Below are positions 50,155 through 60,416 of a DNA stretch of 64,000 nt, in pieces; position 1 is the first letter of the stretch, and every line of letters starts with the position of its first letter. Below the pieces are notes generated by a model. That model saw only the letters and a list, made by a program, of their open reading frames with translations. It had not been told where the DNA came from and searched no databases. Source of the DNA: Mobula birostris (taxonomy: Eukaryota); NCBI RefSeq assembly GCF_030028105.1, contig NC_092376.1, positions 179,962,080 through 180,026,079 on the forward strand. Direction: 5' to 3'. Position numbers and translations under genes: made by a program.

Positions 50155-52590
50155 ATGAGAGATAATATACACTGGTTGGTGAAATATCAGCTGTTTTGCT
50201 GTTTGTTTGCCCATTTGGATTTTGTTCGTGGCCAGATTCGTTATTCTGTTCCCGAGGAATTACAAGTAGGTGCTTTTATTGGGAATATCGTGCTTGATTT
50301 GGGGTTAAATTTAAAACAGCTGTCGACTCGCAGATTACGGGTGGCGCCCAGTCCGAGGAAGCGGTATGTTGACGTCAGTTTGGAGAATGGGATTTTATTT
50401 GTGAATGAAAGAATCGACCGGGAGCAACTTTGCGGGCCAAGCACCGAATGCGTTTTATCATTCAACATTGTGCTTGAAAATCCCCTCGGTCTGTACCAGG
50501 TGGAAGTGGAGATTCTCGATGTAAATGATAACGCTCCCAATTTTCCTGAAAGCCAGACCGGACTGGAAATCTCAGAGATTATGGCACCGGGAGCGCGATT
50601 CGCTCTCGAGGCCGCGCAAGATCCGGACATTGGAACTAATTCCTTGCAGACATATCATCTCATCCCCAATGAATATTTCATTGTCGACGTACAAGTACAC
50701 GATGGTATAGGGAAGTTCCCAGTATTGGTATTGCAAAGGGCATTGGACAGAGAAACGATATCGACCCATAGGTTAACGCTACTTGCTGAAGACGGCGGGG
50801 TCCCTGCGAAATCTGGCACAGCCCAGGTAACAGTCACAGTGAACGATGCTAATGACAACTCTCCTGTGTTCTCCCAGTCGGTTTATAAGGTCAATCTGCT
50901 GGAATCAGCTCCCATAGGAACTCTGATTATTACGTTAAACGCCACTGATTTGGACGATGGCCCGAATGGAGAGATAACGTACTCCCTCAGCAGCCATAAT
51001 TCAGCTGCGGTTCGCGAATTAGTTGGTGTGAATTCCAAAACTGGTGAAATCAAACTAAAAGGACCGTTGGACTATGAGAAAAGCAGAGCACTTATGATTA
51101 ATCTGCGAGCAGTCGATAACGGCCCTTACCCAATGCCCCAGCACTGTGATGTGTTTGTGGGTGTCACCGATGTTAATGACAACGCTCCAGAGCTGTCAGT
51201 GACGTCCCTGTCAAATGCCGTGGCAGAAAATGCTCCAGTGGGAACCATTATCTCCCTCCTCAGTGCGGAAGATAAGGATTCTGGGCAAAATGGGCATGTC
51301 GAATGTCGAATTCCGAATAATCTTCCCTTTAAGTTAGATTCCCCTGTGAAAAACAATTGGAAACTCTTTGTACAGCATGCGCTGGATCATGAAACTACCT
51401 CCAGGTATGACATTACGGTGTCTTGCACAGATGCAGGGCGTCCACCCCTCACAGCTAAGGAAATTATCCAGGTGGAAGTTTCAGATGTAAATGATAATGC
51501 GCCAAGATTTACACAACCTGTATACACGGTAAATGTTATGGAGAACAACGTTATTGGGGACTCCATATTCTCCCTGACAGCTTTCGATCCAGACACAGGA
51601 CAGAATTCCCGATTGAACTTTACTATCCTGGATTCATCCGTAGCTTCGTATGTCTCCATTAACTCGCAGAGTGGTGTCATATATGCTCAGAGATCCTTTA
51701 ACTACGAGCAGTTAAAAAACTTCCAGATATACATTAGGGTTCAGGATTCCGGTGTCCCACCCCGCGCCAGTAACGCTACTGTTAATTTTGTTATCCTTGA
51801 TCAGAATGATAACGCCCCGGTGATTATACATCCTTTACCGGAGTACGGATCAACAGTAATGGAGACAATATCCAGGTTTGCTGAACCTGGATATCTTGTG
51901 GTCAAGGTCTCTGCTACTGATGCCGACGCTGGTCAGAATGCCCATCTGTCTTACCACATTTTTCAAGCTACGCATCCCGATCTGTTCACGATTTCTGCAG
52001 ACTCTGGTGATATTTGGACTATCCGTGGTATACGAAGTAAGGATGCTACAAAACAACGGCTGGTGATTGTCGTAAAAGATAAGGGAACACCCCCACTATC
52101 AGCCACGGTAACCATAGCAATATCTGTGACAGGAAGTCAAAAGATCCCCAGTGCCACCAGCTTAAGCAAAGATCGCGAGTTCTCCCCTAAACTGAACCTT
52201 TACTTAGTTATCGCATTAGGAACGACATCTATCGTTTTCCTCATAATTTTAATTATCCTTGCTATTAAAGTTCATAATAACAGTAACGGAATTAGATGCC
52301 AATATAATGTCTGTTACTGTTTGGAAACAAGGAACTTAAATGGAACTCAAAAAGCTCGCAGAAGCCTTCAGATACCGCCTAACTATGTTGAGGTATTCGG
52401 AGGAGATCCACTTTCTCAGAGCTACCGTTACGAGTCATGTTCAACTTTGCGGTCAGTGAAGAGGGAATTCCCGACACCCCACAAGCGTGGAGCGTCTACA
52501 GATATTCCCTATGCACAGCAGAAACCTCTTGGGAAAGGAAGTGCAGGAATGGTAAACTCTGAAATCTACAGCTGCAATACGCGTAATGAG
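50155..52590 (+). CDS. Clustered protocadherin variable exon 5 (812 codons; ORF stop 52599)
   Basis: Same architecture; donor GAG|GTGAGT at 52590/52591. Confidence 0.96.
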
Positions 52591-53554
52591 GTGAGTTAAT
52601 TCGCAAAATAAAGTAAATCGTTTTGATTTTCTGGCCATTGCATATCCTGGGACTGCTTGAACTCTCCGTCAAAGTATTATTGGTTCATGTTTCGCAACCC
52701 TACTTGTCGTGCATATTTTTTATTTAAGTGTTCCGAATTCTGTTGGATTGTATGTAATTCCAACGCGTTGCTCCACAAAGTTCTGGAAGCCCACAGGCTT
52801 CTCTCAAGTGAGGTTAATCGCAGTCCTTGGTGGGGGGGGGGGGTGCGAGGGAGATTAAACTGCTCCACATTTACTACACTCATACTTTAGATCTGTTGGC
52901 AAAACCCAGGAGCATACCGCTGAGCGTAACTTACTGTGAGCACATCATTGGAGAGTAACAGTTCTTCTCGGTTTTTTAAAGTCACTTGTATTTAAAAGCT
53001 GAAGGAAATAATCATGTCGCCGCTGAAAAGCGGAAATCGAAACGAGCTTGATGTACAGAAATTACAGCAACATCTGTGGAGCGAGAATCAAGCGTCAACG
53101 TTTCGTTCGATGACCTTAAATCGAACCTTGATGTAGGGTGATCATTCCGGAATACTATGTTTCAGTTTGTCTCCATCAGGGCTGCTTGAGATGATCAGTA
53201 TCTCAAAATATTTTGGATTATTATTTAGGATCTAAACTATGTATTGAATCTAAATTATCTGCTACTGAGCCGGAGAGTCAATTTTGACAATAATTAACTC
53301 TGCATATATTATCGGCGTTACATAATCAGTCTAAGAGAGATTGTTCCAACAAGACGCTGATTGCCTCCTTTTTAGTGGCTAAAGTGTACCGAAAGCGCTC
53401 AAACACCATAGAAGCCAAATATGCATCTTGTGACAGCCAACGTATGTATAGCTCATTCACAAGTTTCTAAGAAATAGTGAGGTATATTTTAGCAATACAA
53501 GGGATCTTGTCATGCTGTTATTTCCTTCTGCATTCACATTTCTTTATTAGAGTC

Positions 53555-54115
53555 ATAGCTCCATAGAAAAATAGAGGACAGAAACAGTTCCTTCGGCCCG
53601 TTTTCCAGGTCGAGACCATTTAAACTACCACCTCCCATCGAACTGCACCGGGACCATAGCCTATTATCCAGATACCTATTCAAACTTCAAACGTTGATTT
53701 CGTCCTCGCATCCTGCACTTGTGCTGGCAGCTCATTCAATACTCACAATCTTCTGAATGCAGCAGTTTACCCCCATTTTCCCCTTAAACTTTTCACATAT
53801 CGCTCTTAACCCATGAACTCTGGTTGTAGTCCCACCCCAAACTCAATGGAAAAAACCTGCTTGCATGTACCCTTTCTATATCCCTTCATTAGTTTGTACA
53901 GCGCTAGCAAATCTTCTCTCAACCTTCTACGTTCTGAGGAATAGAGTCCCAACCTATTCAATCTTTCTTTATAACCCAGGTCCTCCAGACCTGGAAACAT
54001 CCTTGTAAACTTTCTCTGAACTCTTTCAAACTTATTTGCATCTTTCCTGTCGGCAGGTGACCAGACCTTCACACAATACTCCAAAATAGGCCTCACCGAT
54101 GTCTTACACAACAAT
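53555..54115 (-). mobile_element. CR1 3' fragment
   Basis: VRPILEYCVKVWSP, ERVQRKFTRM, RLREDL. Confidence 0.8.
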
Positions 54116-54467
54116 TATCCAGATCTGAGAGAGAACTGGGAGAAATATCAGTGAATTATTCCAGTGCATTCTGTGACGGACTGAATAAATATTTAAGGCA
54201 TTTTATGTACTGCTAATCAGAATGAAGGCTTTGAATGAATGGTTTTGAGTATTCCGGGTGATTTTATATTTACATATTCGAGTACTTGTAAAATATTTAA
54301 GCATTGTGTTGAGCTTGTTCCAAATAAGTACGGACTATCTACTATCTGACGAATGTTAAATACAAATTAACATCGTGTGGTCAACAGCGAACATTCACGC
54401 ACATAATAATGAGCTGCTTTTTTCGGAAGTCTTCGAGATGAAAAATTCCACGCCAATTCCCAAACAA

Positions 54468-54489
54468 CTAATTAATTAATTAATTAATT
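54468..54489. repeat. (TAAT)n microsatellite
   Basis: TAATTAATTAATTAATTAATT. Confidence 0.8.
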
Positions 54490-55382
54490 GAGATATGGTT
54501 TGATTTGGGGATTAACCTTCTTCGATATCAACGTTGTGATTCTTTGTATCCTGGATATGGGTGTTACATGCAAGGCTAATGTTTCTCTCATCCATGTTGC
54601 CCTTGGAGAAGAAGTGAGGAGACACCTCCACGAATCAGTGAGTCCGTTGTGTTGAGACAGCTCCCGTAAACTTATTGCGTAAAAGTTCGAAGGTTTAGGT
54701 CCAGGATTAGTGAAGGAAATGTGATATATAATTCCCAGTCAAAGTTAAAGGTAGAACAGGAATGAAACCAGAGCATATTAAAGTACATAGGAGAATATTG
54801 AATTTCGAGTCAGTGGAGTGGCATTGTACAGGTTACCTCCATTCAGTTCTGCAGTGATAGTCTTCGATGTCGTCAGATATCGGGACAGGAAAGGGATTTA
54901 ATTATAGACATGATGGCATTCCAATTTACATTTAAAACAACGCCGGTTTCATTAGCCTTTGCTTCATCAGAAGACCATAGGGAGTACATACATGGAAACC
55001 TTCACATTATGAAAAGCTATTATTAATATTCAACTTGCAGTTCTATATTTGTTTTTGGTTGGGTCTGTATAAAGGAAGGTGTGCGAAATAATTCTATGAG
55101 TATTAACTATTAGCTGGCAACAACTCTAAAAGATGATAAAAATATATACATAGAACATTTCTATAATTAGATTCTCAGCAAGAGCGGATACTTTTTTGAA
55201 TTTTATTTGTTCCTGAAGATATTTTCCAACAGTTGATCTTAAGGTATTTACTGCACTGAGTATGTGAAACTATGATTCGGAAGCCAAGTTTCTGTAAAAC
55301 TCTGAATCATCTAGAATGCTGAAATTAATTTCAATTGTGCACTCTTAAATGTAACAACTCTGCGCCAAATGGAATATCACTT

Positions 55383-55525
55383 GCTTTAAGAAATTAGCTG
55401 AATTCTAATTGGCCAGATATGAAAGCTGCATCGTTCACCAATCAGAAGCTGAGCTGCAAGTGGTGATCCGCACAGCCCCCTTCAACACGCAGCCGCCATC
55501 ACGTATGATCAGACGCCGTAAAAAC
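55383..55525 (+). promoter_or_regulatory. Conserved promoter module of exon 6
   Basis: GCTTTAAGAA 55383, ATTGG 55408, CCAAT 55438, GTGATCCGCACAGCCC 55463, CAGCCGCCATC 55490, CAGACGCCGTAAAAAC 55510. Confidence 0.85.
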
Positions 55526-55721
55526 AGGATACCAGGCAGCACCGGAGGATTTACACACGGCTCGTTTCGAATTGGAGAAAAATGAGAAAATAGCAATCCA
55601 AAAAATAGAGGAAATATAAAAGACGTAAAATATTTTCTGCATCGCATTGCTCCCAGTTAAATAAACCGCTGTGAAAAGGCATTGTCTCGGGTCGAAACCA
55701 TTGGAATGATTTGTCCTGGAA

Positions 55722-58169
55722 ATGAGAGATAATATACACTGGTTAGTAAAATATCAGCTCTTTTGCTGTTTGTTTACCCGTTTGGATTTTGTTAGTGGCC
55801 AGATTCGTTATTCTGTTCCCGAGGAATTGCAACTGGGTGCCTTTGTTGGGAATATTACAATTGATTTGGGGTTAAATTTAAAGGAACTGTCAGCTCGTAG
55901 ATTGCGGGTGTCGCCCAATCCGAGGAAACGGTATGTTGACGTTAATTTGGAGAACGGGATTTTGTTTGTGAATGAAAATATCGACAGGGAACAACTTTGC
56001 GGGCCGAGCACCGAATGCGTTTTATCATTTAACGTTGTTCTTGAAAATCCCCTCGGTCTGCACCAGGTGGAAGTGGAGATTCTCGATGTAAATGATAACG
56101 CTCCCAGTTTCCCCAACAGTCAGATCCGACTGGAAATCTCAGAGATGATGGCACCGGGAGCGCGATTCCCCCTCGATACCGCGCACGATCCGGACATTGG
56201 AGCTAACTCCTTGCAGACGTATCAGCTCCTTCCCAATGAATATTTCATTCTTGACATAGAAGAACGCGATAGAATAGGAGCGTTACCGTTGTTAGTTCTG
56301 CAGAGGGGTTTGGACAGAGAAACGATATCGACGCATCAGTTAACGCTACTTGCTGAAGACGGCGGAGTCCCTGTGAGATCAGGCACTGCACAGATTTTAA
56401 TCATAGTGAAGGATACGAATGACAACTCTCCTGTTTTCTCACAGTCGGTTTATAAGGTCAATATGTTAGAATCGGTTCCCATAGGAACGCTGATTATCAC
56501 GTTAAACGCCACTGATTTGGACGATGGTACAAACGGAGAGATAACATATGCCCTCAGCAGCCATAATTCAGCTGAGGTCCGTGCGTTAGTACGTGTGAAT
56601 TCCAAAACTGGTGAAATTAGACTGCAAGATCACTTGGACTATGAACAAAGAAAGAGTTTTGTAATCAATATTCAAGCAGTGGATAATGGTCAACCCGCAA
56701 TGTCTCGGCGCTGCGATGTGCTGGTGGATTTAATTGATGTGAATGACAACGCTCCTGAACTTACGGTGACATCCATGTCGAATGCCGTGCCAGAAAATGC
56801 CCCTGTGGGAACTATTGTCGCCCTTCTCAATGCAGAAGATAAGGATTCTGGGCACAATAGGCAAGTGCAATGTCAAATTCCGAATAAACTTCCCTTTAAG
56901 TTAGATTCCCCGGTGAAGAATAATTGGAAACTGCTGATACAGCATGAGCTGGATCGCGAAACTATCTCTAGGTATGACATTACTGTAACCTGTAGAGATG
57001 CGGGGAACCCTTCCCTCACCTCTAAGGAAACGATCCCCGTGGAAGTTTCAGATGTAAATGATAATGTTCCAAGTTTTACAGAGTCTCGGTACACGACAAA
57101 TATTATGGAGAACAATATTGTTGGGGGTTCCATATTCTCTGTGACAGCCTTCGATCCAGATACTGGGCAGAACGCCCTACTGAAATTTAGTATTGTGTAT
57201 TTATCTGTCGACTCGTCTGTCTCCATCAATTCAAAGAGTGGTGTCATCTTTGCTCAAAGATCGTTTGATTACGAGAAATTGAAAAGCTTCCAGATCCAAG
57301 TTCAGGTGCAGGACTCTGGAATCCCAGCCCTCAGCAGTAACGTTACAATCGATGTTGTTATCCTTGATGAGAACGATAATACCCCAGTGATCGTGCATCC
57401 TCTACCCGAGTATGGGTCAACAGTAATGGAGGCAATATCCAGGTTTGCTGAACCTGGATATCTCGTGGTCAAAGTGTCAGCCACTGACGCCGACGCTGGT
57501 CAGAATGCCCGCCTATCTTACCACATTTTTCAGGCTACACATCGCGATTTGTTTACTATTTCAGCGGACACCGGTGAAGTTTGGACTATCCGTAGTATAC
57601 AAAGGAAGGACGCTTCTAAACAACGACTGGTAATTGTTGTAAAAGATAATGGAAGGCCCTCACTTTCAGCCACAGTAACCATAGTAATATCTGTGGCAGG
57701 GGCCGAAACGATCACCAGTGCTACCAGTTTAAGTAAAGATCGTGAGTTCTTCCCTGATCTGAATCTTTATTTGGTCATAACATTTGGAACGACATCTGTT
57801 ATTTTTCTAGTAATTTTAATTATCCTTGCTATCAATGTTTATAATAACAGAAACGGAATGTGGTGCCATTACAGCTCTCCGAGTATCTGTTGCTGTTGGA
57901 AAACAAGGAATTTCCTAAATGGAACTCAAAAGGCCAGTAGAAGCCTTCATATACCACCGAACTATATTGAGGTATTTGGAGGTGATCCACTTTCTCAGAG
58001 TTACCGTTACGAGTCGTGTTCAACGTTGCAGTCCGGAAAGAAAGAATTCACGGCCCCGCACAAACGTGGACCACCTGCAGAAAATTCCTATGCAGAGCAA
58101 GCAACTCTTGCGAAAGAAAGTGCAGGAAGGGTAAGCTCTGAGATCTACAGCTGCAATGCAAGTAATGAG
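55722..58169 (+). CDS. Clustered protocadherin variable exon 6 (816 codons; ORF stop 58274)
   Basis: Same architecture; donor GAG|GTGAGT at 58169/58170. Confidence 0.96.
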
Positions 58170-60416
58170 GTGAGTTACTTCGCAGAAGAAAACAATTATT
58201 TTTGGAAACTCGAGGCATTGCTTTTTAATGGGACGAATTTAATTTCTGCATCAAAATGTCCTTGTGCGTATTGATTTCGATTCTCATATCCATTTGCTAT
58301 CTGTTGCTTTTTATTCTATTTTTTTCAGGATTTTGTAGGTCCAGTACAAAATTAGGGGTAGTGGAGGTGTAATTTGTCCATCTGTACTGATCACCCCGTC
58401 CTTGACTAAGCTGTTCCACCGGGAACACGATGTTATGAGTCATCATGATGCTTTCAGATCAGGTCATGCATAGCACATACCTCCGCCGCACCGCTCAGGT
58501 GTGTTTCTGGGGTACAGGGGCTAGTAACCCTTGTGCCTGTTTTGTGTTCTATCGCTGAGCAGCAGTGAACCATCTGATTGGCATATCAGAGTTCTCTTCG
58601 GGAACTAGTTGACTTGATCAGCATTTCTGATCTGACTATTGTTCACGATTGCACTTAATTTTTTAAAAAAAAGTGATTGCTCCACCAGTTTCTGGAATCC
58701 CACATGATTCTCTTTTGCCTGTATATCCTATTTGAATTTTATCGAAGTTCTCGTGGGTTGTGTATTTGGTTATTCCACTCAGTATTTGAAGCACATTATT
58801 TTTGAATAATAATAACGTTATTCATAAAAACAATTTTCATACACAGGGCTTTACAATGTGCTTTACAATGGGTTGTAAGTATAAACAGGAAAATAAAATG
58901 AAAATAATAAACATGAAAATAAAAGACAAAAAGATTTTAAAAACACCGTTAAATAAATTAGCTTTCAGCTGGCATTTAAAACTGTCTAATGAGTCTCCAT
59001 CTCTTATAATTTTAGGTATTGAATTCCACGGTTTAGAAGCATAGCTCAAAAAAGCTAACCTGTCAATTATCTTTTGTGGAAGGTTTTTTAAATCTAAGAG
59101 ATTGGCAGTAGAAGAACTAAAAGCTCGAGCAGGATTATAAAGCGAAGACGATTTTGCGATGTTCACCGGTTCTAGACCATTAAGAGCATTAAAAACAAGA
59201 CAGAGAACTTCAAAATCGCTTCTATAAAGTACAGAAAGCCAATACAAAGTAGCTAGTACGGTAGTGATATGTTCCCTCATCTTGGATTTGGCTTTAAAGT
59301 ACAACAGCGGCGTTCTGAATAATTTGAAGTTAGGCAATTGATTATTTTGGAAAACCTGCATTGCAGTAATCTAGCCAATTGAATTAGCTTTTCAGCATCA
59401 TTGCGTGACAGAAGTGAACGTACCTTTGCAATATTTCTTAAGCGTAGAAATGCTGCTCTGGTCGCTTTCTTTATGCGAGATTTAAAACTCAAATCTGAAT
59501 CAAGGACAACACAAAGGCTTGTTACTTCTGATTTTACAAGGGGAGCCAAATTTATCCGGAAGTTTATCTCTTTTGATTTTGAGACCAACCAAAGGCATTT
59601 CAGTTATATCTTCATTTATCTTCATTTTATTATAGGAAATTAGGGCTTATCCATTAGTTTATTGTAGCCACATCAGAAGTCAGAAAAAATAGGATGTTAT
59701 TATTAGGCTCAACCGAGATATTCAATTGTGTATCATCTGCATAACTGTGGAAATCAATTTTATGCTCTCTAATTATGTCTCCTAAGGCGAGTATATATAA
59801 GGAGAAGAGTAAGGGACTAAGACAGCTTCACCGAGTAACAGCAAAATGTACATTGTATCTCTTAGAAAATATGGCTGCAAGACTAACAAACAAAAATTTT
59901 AAGATATATGAAAAAAACAATTAAGGGCACGAAGAGACCAATCCATTCCTCAAGAGTCAAGGCGATCCAGAAGAATGCCGTAGTCAATTTTGTCGAAGGC
60001 AGCACTTAGATCTAGAAGAATTAGAACTGAGAATCTGTTGGCGTCAATGCTAAACCTAAGGTCTCTGACAACTTCGGTATGGGTCTCCTCTATGCTATGG
60101 GTTGCTCAAATCCTGACTGAACTTTTTCTAGAGTTTTGTTCTCATTCATAAAGTTGTTGAGCTGGTTGAGTTGAGAAATGACTTTCTCAAGAATCTTGTT
60201 TAGGAAGGGAATATTTAGTGTAGGCCTGCAGTTAGCTGGTGCCTCACTATCGCTTCTTAAATAGCGTTTTGACAGCCACTGTTCGAAGGCATCTGGAAAA
60301 ACACGAGTTTCAATAGATAGAAACATAGAAAGCCAATGCACAATACAGGCCATTCGGCCCACGATGCTGTGCCCAACATGTACTTACTTTGGAAATTACC
60401 TAGGGTTACCCATAGC

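Noticed and set aside
3537-57715. Recurring antisense and alternative-frame ORFs inside the Pcdh exons (e.g. 3537-3749, 42493-42921, 50241-50630)
   Set aside because: They recur only because the sense exons are paralogous; start positions and lengths vary and there is no independent motif
3451-58274. Assigning specific symbols (PCDH10, PCDHGC5, PCDHA etc.)
   Set aside because: Tandem variable exons indicate a clustered locus, but subcluster and orthology need the constant exons and a phylogeny, which are not available here
58350-58600. Moderately GC-rich segment after exon 6
   Set aside because: No recognisable RNA gene, repeat ends or paralogous match, so no call can be supported
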